A stretch of DNA of 64,000 nucleotides from an uncultured Pelagibacteraceae bacterium. Lineage in GTDB: Bacteria > Pseudomonadota > Alphaproteobacteria > Pelagibacterales > Pelagibacteraceae. Each line of letters starts with the position of its first letter. Within the stretch, counting starts at the first letter, position 1. The notes below the pieces were generated by a model. That model saw only the letters and a list, made by a program, of their open reading frames with translations, was not told the origin of the DNA and searched no databases. Below, piece after piece: positions 50,876 to 61,271 of the stretch. A program made the translations under genes and the position numbers. The stretch lies in NCBI GenBank assembly GCA_902593405.1, contig CACJIB010000002.1, positions 233 through 64,232 on the forward strand, written 5' to 3'.

Positions 50876-51306
50876 TAATTTCTTTTAGTTTTAAAATCGA
50901 TACCATATTCTGATCGCGGACCTTTTCTTAATCCAAATGGACCAGGGATAAATATAGTCATTGGATTTGTTCCTTGTTCAAGATCTACTCTATGAAAAGC
51001 ATTGGCTGACCTAAAGCCAATATAGCCTGGCTTTCTCCAAAATTTTCCATCTTTTGTGGTCTCCCAATATCCACCCCTTAAAATAATTGTAATATAAGGG
51101 CATAAATGGTTGTGAACACCGTCACCATGATCGTCATCTAGCATCTCATGAATTAATATATTGAACGGAAACCATTTAGGTCTATTTCTGAACAAAACAT
51201 AGTATCTATTCATCCAAGGTTTTGCTTCTTTAAAATTAGGATGTGAAGGTCCTCTATCTAATACAACTTTTTTTCTTCCAATTTTTTCTAAAAATTTTAG
51301 AAACAT
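50875..51306 (-). CDS. Cupin-like hypothetical protein
   Basis: H...HNH..YITIILRGGYWE...HRV metal-binding cupin pattern. Confidence 0.65.
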   Translation of the reverse strand: MFLKFLEKIGRKKVVLDRGPSHPNFKEAKPWMNRYYVLFRNRPKWFPFNILIHEMLDDDHGDGVHNHLCPYITIILRGGYWETTKDGKFWRKPGYIGFRSANAFHRVDLEQGTNPMTIFIPGPFGLRKGPRSEYGIDFKTKRN

Positions 51307-52619
51307 TAATTAAGTCTAATGATAGCATTATTTTTAACTACAAATATTTTTTCATCAAAAAAAACTGGTTTTAATATTTTTTCATTATCAATTTTTAATG
51401 TAGCAATAGTTTTTCCACTGGCTATATCAATTACTAATAATCTGCCATTGTTTGTTGAAAGATAAATATTGTCTTTTCCAAGAATAAATCCTGTAGGTTT
51501 AATTAAATTTCGTTTTTTTGATTTAAAATTATCAAATATATCGGTAACCCTTATTATGCTTCCTTTGTTTTTATCAATTAAAAAAAGATAGCCTTCTAAT
51601 GATATTGTAAATAAGATATTTCCTATGATGATCGGCCTTAAATTAGAATTTATTTTTGTTTCCCAATTAAAATTTCCACTATCAATATCTATAGAAAAAA
51701 ATTGATTCTGATTGTTAGAAAAGTACAGCGATCTATTATCTGTAACGATATCAGAAGTTTCTAATGAAAATGATGATTCGTAAATTAAAGTATTTTGGGT
51801 CGGAAGTTGCCATAATAATTCACCATTATTTAAATCAACAGCACTTATATCCCCAATTGAGTTATTAAAATAAACAATGTCTTTCACAATTACAATTGAT
51901 AGTTTTTTTTGTGATCTTATCAAAGAATTTTGTGTTTTTACGCTCCATAACTCATCACCATTTTTTAAAGAAAAACATCTCAGAGTGTTAGAAAAATCAA
52001 TTATAAAAAATTTATCCTGATATATTTTAATTTGAGAATTAAATGGTGCAACATTTCTTTTTGACCAAATTAATTCGCCTGTTTCGATATTTAACAAAAA
52101 ATATTTTGCTAGATTGTCTGCTGCAATTAAATAATTTTTATTGTTTGAAAATTGCAAAATAGGCTTTAATTTTTTTTCAGACTTTGAGTAATAATTCTTT
52201 TTCCAATCTAACTTTGATTCTTCATTAAATTTTAAAATAGTACCAATGTTATCAAAAAAAATTAAACTTTTATCGTGAAAAACTATTTCAGGTTCATATT
52301 TATAGAAATTTTTAATTTTCGAAAATTTATATCTAGACAAAGTTTTAAGCTTCCCATCAAAATTTACCCTTCCGCTGTTATTGGTTAAATAGTCTATTTT
52401 TTTGTTTCTATTAAAATTACCTTCAACTTTTATTTTAAGATTTTTATTAAACTCTTTTTCATAAACTGAACTTTTCTTAAGAATTTCCTCAGACTTAGTT
52501 GTATTTATGGTATTGGTGTCTTGATTTATTGTTTCTGATGTTGACCAAAACTTAGAATTTTTGTTTAGTGAACATCCTGTTAAAATAATTAAAATAAATA
52601 AATATATAATCTTATTCAC
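51306..52619 (-). CDS. bamB: PQQ-like beta-propeller lipoprotein (BamB-like)
   Basis: Lipobox LTGC; repeated GELIW/GELLW blade motifs; downstream of a yfgM-like gene. Confidence 0.7.
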   Translation of the reverse strand: MNKIIYLFILIILTGCSLNKNSKFWSTSETINQDTNTINTTKSEEILKKSSVYEKEFNKNLKIKVEGNFNRNKKIDYLTNNSGRVNFDGKLKTLSRYKFSKIKNFYKYEPEIVFHDKSLIFFDNIGTILKFNEESKLDWKKNYYSKSEKKLKPILQFSNNKNYLIAADNLAKYFLLNIETGELIWSKRNVAPFNSQIKIYQDKFFIIDFSNTLRCFSLKNGDELWSVKTQNSLIRSQKKLSIVIVKDIVYFNNSIGDISAVDLNNGELLWQLPTQNTLIYESSFSLETSDIVTDNRSLYFSNNQNQFFSIDIDSGNFNWETKINSNLRPIIIGNILFTISLEGYLFLIDKNKGSIIRVTDIFDNFKSKKRNLIKPTGFILGKDNIYLSTNNGRLLVIDIASGKTIATLKIDNEKILKPVFFDEKIFVVKNNAIIRLN

Positions 52620-53262
52620 TAAAATCTCTATTCAATCTCTTTTGAACTTCTTTATTTATATCTGGATTAGTATTTTCTAATGAAATAATTTTTTCATAAA
52701 ATTCTTTAGCTTTTTGTTTTTGGTTTTTTGAATAATAATACTCAGCCATTAAATATAAAGCGTGTGATTTCCATACACTTTCAGAGTTTACTAATGGATT
52801 TAAAATATCTAATAAGTCATTCTCGTTATCATCAATTTCAGCTGCATAAAATAACGCTTTTTTATAGATAACTAAATTCTTAATTTCTTTATCAAGAGAG
52901 GTGTCATTAATAATTGTTTGAAACAACTTAAATACAACTTTTTTATCCGAAACCAAATCGTTATCGATAATAAAATATAATGATAATGGAGAATAAGTTG
53001 GATCTTTTTTGTCTATAATTTCAATTAATTTATTTGCGGTTTCTTCTTTTGAATTTTCTGAGTACTCTAAAATTATTGAATTATAATTGTCTGAAATTTC
53101 TTTTTTTTTGTTTGTTAAGTATTTATCAAAGCCATACACAGCTGTCACAATAATTGCTAGAATTATTAATCCAAATATTATTTTGTTTTTATTATTTATA
53201 AAAAAATTTCTAATTTTTTCATTTCTAGTATTTGCGTTTATAATTGATAATTCTTCATCCAT
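52612..53262 (-). CDS. YfgM-like membrane-anchored TPR protein
   Basis: Single N-terminal TM, TPR-like C-terminus, synteny with bamB. Confidence 0.7.
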   Translation of the reverse strand: MDEELSIINANTRNEKIRNFFINNKNKIIFGLIILAIIVTAVYGFDKYLTNKKKEISDNYNSIILEYSENSKEETANKLIEIIDKKDPTYSPLSLYFIIDNDLVSDKKVVFKLFQTIINDTSLDKEIKNLVIYKKALFYAAEIDDNENDLLDILNPLVNSESVWKSHALYLMAEYYYSKNQKQKAKEFYEKIISLENTNPDINKEVQKRLNRDFSE

Positions 53263-53264
53263 AA

Positions 53265-55934
53265 CTATAACATATTCCTTAAAACGTATTGCAGAATACC
53301 TCCGTTTTTATAATACTCCAATTCATTTTTTGTATCAATTCTGCATAAAGTTTTAATTTTCTTTATTTCGCCAGAGACATATTTAATTTCGACTGTTACC
53401 TCATCAGAGGGATTAACACCCTTTTCTATATTTAGAATACTAATTAATTCAGAACCAATTAATTTAAGATTTTTTCTATTTACATTGTCGATAAATTGTA
53501 ATGGCAATATTCCCATTCCAATCAAATTAGATCGGTGAATTCTTTCAAAACTCTCAGCTATTACTGCTTTTATGCCTAGTAATTTTGTGCCCTTAGCTGC
53601 CCAATCTCTAGACGATCCAGTTCCGTACTCTTTTCCACCAATTACAACTAAATCTGTTCCTCTTTTCTTATATTCAACCACTGCATTATAAACAGGAAGT
53701 ACTTTTTCTTCTGGATATAACTTTGTAAAACCACCTTCTGTACCAGGAGCCATTTCATTTCTAATTCTTATATTTGCAAAAGTTCCTCGCATCATAACTT
53801 CATGATTACCTCTTCTTGAACCATATGAGTTATAATCTTTAGGTAAAATTTGGTGTTCCATGAAATATTCACCAGTTGGACTATCTTTTTGAATACTGCC
53901 AGCTGGCGATATATGATCAGTAGTAACCATATCACCTAAAATTAATAATGGTCTTGCATCCTTAATTTCTTTAAATCCTTCCGGTTTATCTGGTAACGAG
54001 TCAAAAAATGGAGGTTTTTTTACATATGTTGATCCCTCATCCCAATTATAGATGCTACTTTTATCAGTTTTAATTTTTTGCCATTGGGTTGGTCCCTTGG
54101 AAACATTTGAGTATCTTTGTATAAACATCTCAGCATTAAGTGAAACCTTTAAAGTGTCTTCTATCTCTCTATTAGAAGGCCAAATATCTTTTAAAAATAC
54201 ATCTTTTCCTTCTTTATCTTTTCCTAATGGATCTTTGTATAAATCAACTTCCATATGTCCAGCTATTGCATATGCAACAACAAGTGGAGGTGAAGCCAGA
54301 TAGTTTGCTTTTATATGTGGAGAAATTCTCCCCTCGAAATTCCTATTACCAGATAAAACTGAAACAGCATAAATATTTTCTTTTTGAATAGCCTCTACAA
54401 TATTTTCTGGAAGTGGTCCTGAATTTCCAATACAAGTTGTGCAGCCATACCCAACTAAATTAAAACCAAGTTGATCTAGATAAGTGTTTAATCGAGCTTT
54501 TGCCAAATAGTCTGTTACTACTTGAGATCCGGGTGCTAAAGAAGTTTTTACCCAGGGTTTAACCTGCAAACCTTTTTCAATAGCTTTTTTAGCTAATAGT
54601 CCAGCCCCAATTAGAACATTTGGATTAGAAGTGTTCGTACAAGATGTTATTGCTGCAATTAATATTGAGCCATCTTTAATTTCATAATCTGTATTTGTTA
54701 CTTTTGAAATTGATTTTTCATTTTTATTTGTAGCTTCCTGCAATACTTTTTTAAACGAACTGGGGGCATCTGTTAAAAGAACTTTGTCTTGAGGTCTTTT
54801 AGGTCCTGAAATAGTTGGCACAACTGTAGACATATCTAAAGATATAATGTCAGTAAATTCTATTTCGTCACTCGCCCATAAACCTTGTTCCTTGGCATAA
54901 TTTTCTACAATATCAACGGTTTGCTGATCTCTTCCTGAAAATTTTAAATACTTTAATGTTTCTTCATCGATAGGAAAAAAACCACAAGTAGCACCATACT
55001 CTGGTGCCATGTTTGCAATTGTAGCTCTATCCGCAAGTGTTAAATTTTTTAAACCTTCTCCATAAAACTCAACAAACTTACCGACTACTCCTTTATCTCT
55101 TAACATTTTAACAACAGTTAATACTAAATCAGTTGCAGTAGTTCCTTCTGGCATTTTATTTTTCATTTCAAAACCAATGACTTCTGGTATTAACATAGAG
55201 ATTGGTTGACCCAACATTCCTGCTTCAGCTTCAATTCCTCCAACACCCCATCCTAAAACAGATAAACCATTTACCATTGTTGTATGACTGTCCGTTCCAA
55301 CTAAAGTATCTGGAAAAAGATATTTTTCACCTTTAAATTCTTCTGACCAAACAACTTTTGACAAATATTCCAGATTTACTTGGTGGCAAATTCCTGTTCC
55401 TGGTGGAACTATTCTAAAGTTATCAAAAGCCTGCTGTCCCCATTTTAAAAAAGAATATCTCTCACCATTTCTTTCAAATTCTATATCGACATTTTTTTCA
55501 AAAGAATCTGCTTTTGCAGATTGGTCGACTTGCACAGAGTGATCAATTACAAGATCAACTGCAGACAGAGGATTGATTGCATTTGGATCTTTATTTTTTT
55601 CTTTAACTGCTTCTCTCATTGCAGCTAAATCTGCAACCGCAGGTATTCCTGTATAATCTTGAAGCAAAACTCTTGCTGGTCTATATGCAATTTCAGTTTT
55701 AGATTTTTTTGTCTTTAGCCAGTTTTTAATCGCTTCTATTTGAGATTTCGTTACACTTAAGTCATCTTCGTATCTTAATAAATTTTCTAGTAAAACTTTT
55801 AGTGATTTTGGAAGTTTATTTATTCCTTTAAGTCCATTTTTTTCTGCTTCATTTAATGAGTAATAATTATACTCCTTGTCATTAACTGTGATTTTTTTTA
55901 GTGATTTATAAGAATTTTTGTTTCCTGGGGTCAT
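53265..55934 (-). CDS. acnA: Aconitate hydratase A
   Basis: QDYTG, DHSVQ, TDSHT, ITSCTNTSN, GCTTCIGNSG and GSSRDWAAK motifs. Confidence 0.97.
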   Translation of the reverse strand: MTPGNKNSYKSLKKITVNDKEYNYYSLNEAEKNGLKGINKLPKSLKVLLENLLRYEDDLSVTKSQIEAIKNWLKTKKSKTEIAYRPARVLLQDYTGIPAVADLAAMREAVKEKNKDPNAINPLSAVDLVIDHSVQVDQSAKADSFEKNVDIEFERNGERYSFLKWGQQAFDNFRIVPPGTGICHQVNLEYLSKVVWSEEFKGEKYLFPDTLVGTDSHTTMVNGLSVLGWGVGGIEAEAGMLGQPISMLIPEVIGFEMKNKMPEGTTATDLVLTVVKMLRDKGVVGKFVEFYGEGLKNLTLADRATIANMAPEYGATCGFFPIDEETLKYLKFSGRDQQTVDIVENYAKEQGLWASDEIEFTDIISLDMSTVVPTISGPKRPQDKVLLTDAPSSFKKVLQEATNKNEKSISKVTNTDYEIKDGSILIAAITSCTNTSNPNVLIGAGLLAKKAIEKGLQVKPWVKTSLAPGSQVVTDYLAKARLNTYLDQLGFNLVGYGCTTCIGNSGPLPENIVEAIQKENIYAVSVLSGNRNFEGRISPHIKANYLASPPLVVAYAIAGHMEVDLYKDPLGKDKEGKDVFLKDIWPSNREIEDTLKVSLNAEMFIQRYSNVSKGPTQWQKIKTDKSSIYNWDEGSTYVKKPPFFDSLPDKPEGFKEIKDARPLLILGDMVTTDHISPAGSIQKDSPTGEYFMEHQILPKDYNSYGSRRGNHEVMMRGTFANIRIRNEMAPGTEGGFTKLYPEEKVLPVYNAVVEYKKRGTDLVVIGGKEYGTGSSRDWAAKGTKLLGIKAVIAESFERIHRSNLIGMGILPLQFIDNVNRKNLKLIGSELISILNIEKGVNPSDEVTVEIKYVSGEIKKIKTLCRIDTKNELEYYKNGGILQYVLRNML

Positions 55935-55935
55935 A

Positions 55936-56529
55936 TTATAAATAAAAAGTTATTATGCTCGTTAAAAGAAGCAGTGACATAGCATAATTAAAGTAATTAA
56001 TAAATTTCTGATTTGTCGCAAATTTCCTGAAAAATTTACCTAAAAAAGTCCACAGAGTTATACTGGTCACTGAAACAATTAAAGCCATAATGATAATTTG
56101 AGTCGTATAACTTACAAAGGTTTCTCCTGGATTAATATAAGTTGAAACAAGAATAATTGATGCAATAACACCTTTAGGATTTAAAAATTGAAAAATAAAA
56201 GTTTCATGGAACTTAATTGGATTTTTGTTTTTATTTTCCTGATCAGAAGGTCCTGAAAAAGAAATTTTGTATGCTAAATAAATTAAAAATAGAGTTCCTA
56301 AATATTTTAATACTTCTTGAATTAAAGGATAAAGCTTAAAAATATTTATCAGACCTAGAGCTAAACATAATAATAAAAAAGGAAATCCTAAAGTTACACC
56401 AATTATATGAGGTAGTGTTCTTAGAATACCAAAATTGAAACCAGAATAGAAAGCAACGAAATTATTTGGTCCAGGAGTAAATGCTGCAACAATTCCAAAT
56501 AAAGTTATAGAAAGAATTTCAGGATGCAT
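55936..56529 (-). CDS. LysE-family translocator
   Basis: TPGPNN and FQFLNPKG motifs; about 6 TM. Confidence 0.9.
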   Translation of the reverse strand: MHPEILSITLFGIVAAFTPGPNNFVAFYSGFNFGILRTLPHIIGVTLGFPFLLLCLALGLINIFKLYPLIQEVLKYLGTLFLIYLAYKISFSGPSDQENKNKNPIKFHETFIFQFLNPKGVIASIILVSTYINPGETFVSYTTQIIIMALIVSVTSITLWTFLGKFFRKFATNQKFINYFNYAMSLLLLTSIITFYL

Positions 56530-56531
56530 TA

Positions 56532-56876
56532 CTAAGCAATCGGTAATCCATTTTCTGCTTTTTGAGAAGGATGAACAAGTGTAACTTTGCCATCGGTATC
56601 AATTGCTCCTAAAACCAATACTTGAGAAACTACTCCAGCAATATTTTTTTCAGGAAAATTACAAACAGCAATAACTTGTTTTCCTTTTAAATTCTCCTCA
56701 TTATAATAATGAGTAATTTGAGCTGAAGATTGTTTAATGCCAATTTCGCTTCCAAAATCAACCTCAACCACTAAAGATGGCTTTCTTGCCTTTTCATTTT
56801 TTTTTACAGAAATTACAGTACCAATTCTAATATCTACTTTATCAAAATCATTATAGGTAATTTGCTCTTTAATCAT
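56532..56876 (-). CDS. csaA: CsaA/Trbp111 tRNA-binding chaperone
   Basis: DIRIG, SSAQIT, NFPEKNIAG and SQVLVLG motifs. Confidence 0.9.
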   Translation of the reverse strand: MIKEQITYNDFDKVDIRIGTVISVKKNEKARKPSLVVEVDFGSEIGIKQSSAQITHYYNEENLKGKQVIAVCNFPEKNIAGVVSQVLVLGAIDTDGKVTLVHPSQKAENGLPIA

Positions 56877-56900
56877 AATATAATATAGTGTTTTAAGTTT

Positions 56901-58079
56901 ATGAGTATAGATAACAATTTATATGAAAAATCAATCAAGATTTTAACTGACTTAATCGCATTTAAAACTATCTCAGGTCAAGATAACAGTAATTTAATTG
57001 ATTATTGTGAAAAAATTTTAAATAACATCGGAATAGATACTTTCAAAGTTTATGATGATGATAAAAAAAGAGTAAATCTTTTTGGAACTCTAAAAGCAAA
57101 AAATCAAAGCACAAAAAAACCAATAATATTATCCGGTCACACTGATGTGGTTCCCGTATCTAAAGGTTGGAGCAGCGATCCATTCGTTGCAACTATTAAA
57201 AATGATAAATTATATGGAAGAGGCTCATGTGATATGAAAGGTTTTATTGCATGTACACTTGCTTATGCACCTATCTTCAAAGAAAGTAATTTAGATAGAG
57301 ACTTACATTTCTGTTACACTTTTGATGAAGAGACTGCATGTATTGGAGCTCCTTTATTAATAGAGGAATTGAAAAAAAGAGAAATCAAAAATGGAATTTG
57401 TATAATTGGCGAACCAACTAAAATGAAAATTATTGATGCCCACAAAGGTATGAATGAATACACAGTTCACTTTGGAGGACTTGCGGGACATAGTTCTAAA
57501 CCACATTTAGGAGTAAATGCAGCTGAATATGCTACTAGATATGTTGGAAAACTTTTAGAAATCAGAGAAGAATTAAAAAAAAGAGTTCAAAAAGATAGTA
57601 TTTTTGATCCTCCACATTCAACTTTATCAATTGGCGGAATTAAAGGTGGTATTGCTCATAATGTCATTGCAGATAAATGTAGTGTTGAATGGGAAACTAG
57701 ACCAGTTATTAAAGAAGATGGAGAGTTTGTTACGAAAGAAATTGATAAATATTCAAATGAAGTACTTCTACCAGAAATGAAAAAAGTATTTCCAGGTTCT
57801 TATATTAAAAAAGAAGTGATTGGTGAAGTTGTTGGTTTTAACAGATTAGATGAGTCTGAAGCATGTGAATTTGTATCAAATATAACTGGTGATAATTCTA
57901 GAGAAGTTGTTTCTTTTGGGACGGAAGCTGGTTTATTTCAAGAACTTGGAATAAGTACTGTTGTTTGTGGACCTGGATCGATAGAACAAGCTCATAAAAT
58001 TGACGAATTCATAGAATTAAATGAAATGAAAAAGTGCCTTAAGTTTTTAGAAGGTGTAAAAGATAAATCAGTAAATTAA
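56901..58079 (+). CDS. argE: Acetylornithine deacetylase (M20)
   Basis: SGHTDVVP, GRGSCDMKG, DEE, GEPT, GTEAG and GPGSIEQAH motifs. Confidence 0.88.
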   Translation: MSIDNNLYEKSIKILTDLIAFKTISGQDNSNLIDYCEKILNNIGIDTFKVYDDDKKRVNLFGTLKAKNQSTKKPIILSGHTDVVPVSKGWSSDPFVATIKNDKLYGRGSCDMKGFIACTLAYAPIFKESNLDRDLHFCYTFDEETACIGAPLLIEELKKREIKNGICIIGEPTKMKIIDAHKGMNEYTVHFGGLAGHSSKPHLGVNAAEYATRYVGKLLEIREELKKRVQKDSIFDPPHSTLSIGGIKGGIAHNVIADKCSVEWETRPVIKEDGEFVTKEIDKYSNEVLLPEMKKVFPGSYIKKEVIGEVVGFNRLDESEACEFVSNITGDNSREVVSFGTEAGLFQELGISTVVCGPGSIEQAHKIDEFIELNEMKKCLKFLEGVKDKSVN

Positions 58080-59509
58080 CTCCAACCACCAACGGCTTTT
58101 ACTTCTAAAAACTCTTCTAAACCGTGTTCACCTGCTTCTCGACCTATTCCAGAATGTTTAAAACCACCGAATGGTGCATCAACTGCAATACCAGCTCCAT
58201 TAACATCTACCATTCCAGATCTTAATTTTCTTGCAACTCTTTGTACTTTTTCAGAGTCTTGTGTTTGAATATAGTTTGTTAATCCATAAGAAGTATCATT
58301 TGCAATTTTAATTGCCTCTTCTTCTGTTTCAAATGGGATAACAGATAAAACAGGTCCAAAAATTTCAGTTCTTGCAACATCCATTTCATTATTTACATCT
58401 GCGAAAACAGTTGGTTTAACAAAGTAACCTTTGTCTAATCCATCGGGTTTACCTGTTCCTCCGGCAACTAATTTTGCTCCTTCATCAATACCTTTTTGGA
58501 TTAAAGTTTGAATTTTATTGTATTGAGTTTCTGAAATAACTGGGCCTATGTGCTCTCCTTCTTTTTTAGGGTCACCCACCTCAAAGTTATCAGTATATTT
58601 TTTTAATCTTTCAATTGCTTCATTATACATTGATTTTTCAACCAACATTCTTGTTGGTGCATTACAAGATTGTCCAGAATTTCTAAAACATCTTAAAGCA
58701 CCTCTTTCAATAGCCTCAGGATCAGCATCTTTAAAAATTATATTTGCTCCTTTTCCACCTAGCTCTAAGCTTACTCTTTTAAAATCTTTAGCAGCATTTT
58801 GTGAAATCAAAGCTCCAGCTCTCGTTGAACCTGTGAAAGAAATCATATTTATATCTGGATGACTTGTAAGCGCATCACCTGTTGTTGCACCATCGCCATT
58901 GACTAAATTAAATACTCCTTTTGGAAATTTTACTTCGTCAATAATTTCAGCAAGTATCATTGATGAAAGTGGTGCTAATTCTGATGGTTTTAAAACCATT
59001 GTGCAACCCGCGGAAATTGCTGGCATTACTTTTAAACAAACTTGGTTCATAGGCCAATTCCAAGGTGTTATTAATGCACAAACACCTTTTGGTTCATAAA
59101 TTAATCTTTGGTTAGGAGCGTGTTCTCCTAATGGTTTTTCAAATTCAAAATTTTTTAAATATCTAATAAATGATTTAATATGACTTGCGCCAGTCCCTGC
59201 TTGTAATTTTGTTGCAAAATCTTTAGGAGCACCCATTTCAAGGGTTATAGCTTCTGCAATATCTGCCCATCTTTTTTTATAATTTTCATAAAGTTTTTCT
59301 AATAGTCCAATTCTTTCTTCTTTAGAAGAAAAAGCCCAAGACTCGTAGGCATTTTTTGCTGCAGTAACTGCTAAGTCAACATCTGCTTTGTTCCCTAAAG
59401 TAATTACTGCACAATTTTTTTCTGTAGCAGGATCAATTACTTTAATTTCCTCAGAGCTGTTCGGCTTTACCCACGCTCCATTAATGTAAAAATTTTTTTT
59501 GTCTAACAT
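58076..59509 (-). CDS. Aldehyde dehydrogenase family protein
   Basis: PWNWP, FTGS, LELGGK, NSGQSC and EIFGP motifs. Confidence 0.92.
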   Translation of the reverse strand: MLDKKNFYINGAWVKPNSSEEIKVIDPATEKNCAVITLGNKADVDLAVTAAKNAYESWAFSSKEERIGLLEKLYENYKKRWADIAEAITLEMGAPKDFATKLQAGTGASHIKSFIRYLKNFEFEKPLGEHAPNQRLIYEPKGVCALITPWNWPMNQVCLKVMPAISAGCTMVLKPSELAPLSSMILAEIIDEVKFPKGVFNLVNGDGATTGDALTSHPDINMISFTGSTRAGALISQNAAKDFKRVSLELGGKGANIIFKDADPEAIERGALRCFRNSGQSCNAPTRMLVEKSMYNEAIERLKKYTDNFEVGDPKKEGEHIGPVISETQYNKIQTLIQKGIDEGAKLVAGGTGKPDGLDKGYFVKPTVFADVNNEMDVARTEIFGPVLSVIPFETEEEAIKIANDTSYGLTNYIQTQDSEKVQRVARKLRSGMVDVNGAGIAVDAPFGGFKHSGIGREAGEHGLEEFLEVKAVGGWS

Positions 59510-59529
59510 GTTTTGAAGTTATCCTTTCT

Positions 59530-60489
59530 TTATGTTTTTGCAAATAAATTAGTTAATTCATAAACAATAGTTGCAGCTGCTAAAGAAGTTACTTCTGCAT
59601 GATCATACGCTGGAGAAACCTCAACAACGTCAGCTGAGACTAAATTTAATCCAGACAAACCTCTTAAAACATTTACCATTTCTCTCGTAGTCATCCCTGC
59701 AATTTCTGGCGTACCAGTGCCTGGAGCAAATGCAGGATCTAAAACATCAATATCAATTGATAAGTATAGAGGGTTATCTCCCACTCTTTTTCTGATTCTT
59801 TCTGCTATTTTGTCGGTTCCTTCTGTTTGAAACTCATCACAATGAATTATTTTAAATCCAAAACTTTCGTCATTTTTAATATCATCTCTACTATAAAGTG
59901 GTCCTCGAATTCCAACATGCATAGAAGCATCATCTAAAAATAATCCTTCTTCTCTTGCTCTTCTGAACGGAGTTCCGTGAGTATAAGGTGCACCAAAATA
60001 TGTGTCCCAAGTATCTAAGTGGGCGTCAAAATGAACTAAAGATACAGGACCCTTATTTTTTTTATTGATTGCTCTTAACAGTGGTACTGCAATAGTATGA
60101 TCTCCACCTAAACTTATAATTCCTCCAACATTATTTAATAAATCTGTTGCGCCTACTTCTATTTGTTTAATTGCTTCATCAATACTAAATGGATTGCAAG
60201 CGATATCACCAGCATCAGCAACTTGTTGGATTTTAAAAGGCTCAACATCATAATTAGGATGATAATTAGTTCTCAAATGTCTAGAAGCTTGTCTTATACT
60301 TTGCGGACCAAATCTTGCACCAGGTCGATAACTTGTACCAGCATCAAACGGTATTCCAACAATTGCAACATCACAACTTTCTACATCTCTTAGTTCGGGA
60401 AGTCTTGCAAAAGTGCTTGGACCAGCAAATCTTGGAACTTTAGTTCCGCTAACCGGTTGAATTGGATTTTTATTTCTTTCTTTTTTCAT
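59530..60489 (-). CDS. speB: Agmatinase/ureohydrolase
   Basis: GGDH, DAHLD and SIDIDVLDPAFAPGTGTP motifs. Confidence 0.85.
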   Translation of the reverse strand: MKKERNKNPIQPVSGTKVPRFAGPSTFARLPELRDVESCDVAIVGIPFDAGTSYRPGARFGPQSIRQASRHLRTNYHPNYDVEPFKIQQVADAGDIACNPFSIDEAIKQIEVGATDLLNNVGGIISLGGDHTIAVPLLRAINKKNKGPVSLVHFDAHLDTWDTYFGAPYTHGTPFRRAREEGLFLDDASMHVGIRGPLYSRDDIKNDESFGFKIIHCDEFQTEGTDKIAERIRKRVGDNPLYLSIDIDVLDPAFAPGTGTPEIAGMTTREMVNVLRGLSGLNLVSADVVEVSPAYDHAEVTSLAAATIVYELTNLFAKT

Positions 60490-60542
60490 TTTTTAATAAT
60501 CTAAGATAATATTATCTCATCTAATTCGTCTATAATAATTTA

Positions 60543-61271
60543 ATGAAAATTTTATTTTTGTTTATCCTTATATTTCATTTTTCGCATGTAAATGCTGATG
60601 AAATTTATAATCTGATAAAGATTCCAAATTTAGAAATTTATAAATTAAAAAACGATAATAATATTCGTTATTTAAGTGCTAAAGGTAATTTTAAAATTGG
60701 TGTAAATAAGAACATTACTTGTGACAAAGTTGATATAAACAAATTAAATTCAAAATTTCCTTTAATTGAAAAAAATCTTAATCGATATAATTCTAATTTT
60801 CTTAATAAGATAAAATTAAAATATATTGTATTTTGTGAAAATTTATTCATCTCTCAAATTAATACGGGAGGAATACCTGATAATAAAAACAGAACCTTAA
60901 TTTTAGATATTAATTTTAATAATAAGTATTTTGAAAGAATGATACACCATGAAATTTTTCATATGATTCAAAATACTCACATTGAATACTTTGACGAGAA
61001 TAAATTTTCTTCTTTTAATCAAACTTCATTTAATTATGCCAAGTGTTCAACTTGTTCCGATAGATTGAATTTAGATCTATATGAAAAGACTGATGGTTTT
61101 TTGACAGAATATTCTAAATCTATCCCTTCTGAAGATATGGCAGAAATTTTTTCATTTTTAATGACTGATAAAGAAATAATTGAGAATAAAATTAATAGTG
61201 ACAAAATACTGAATAATAAAGTGAATTTTATAAAATTAAACTTGGCTAAAATAGATAAAAATATTTTATGA
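60543..61271 (+). CDS. Putative secreted zinc metallopeptidase
   Basis: Signal peptide, HEIFH zincin motif, downstream EDMAE. Confidence 0.7.
   Translation: MKILFLFILIFHFSHVNADEIYNLIKIPNLEIYKLKNDNNIRYLSAKGNFKIGVNKNITCDKVDINKLNSKFPLIEKNLNRYNSNFLNKIKLKYIVFCENLFISQINTGGIPDNKNRTLILDINFNNKYFERMIHHEIFHMIQNTHIEYFDENKFSSFNQTSFNYAKCSTCSDRLNLDLYEKTDGFLTEYSKSIPSEDMAEIFSFLMTDKEIIENKINSDKILNNKVNFIKLNLAKIDKNIL

Noticed and set aside
2812-60850. Many short antisense or alternative-frame ORFs in the track (e.g. 2812-3126, 7195-7575, 18548-18937, 33404-33778, 41086-41391)
   Set aside because: They overlap well-supported genes and lack motifs; shadow ORFs
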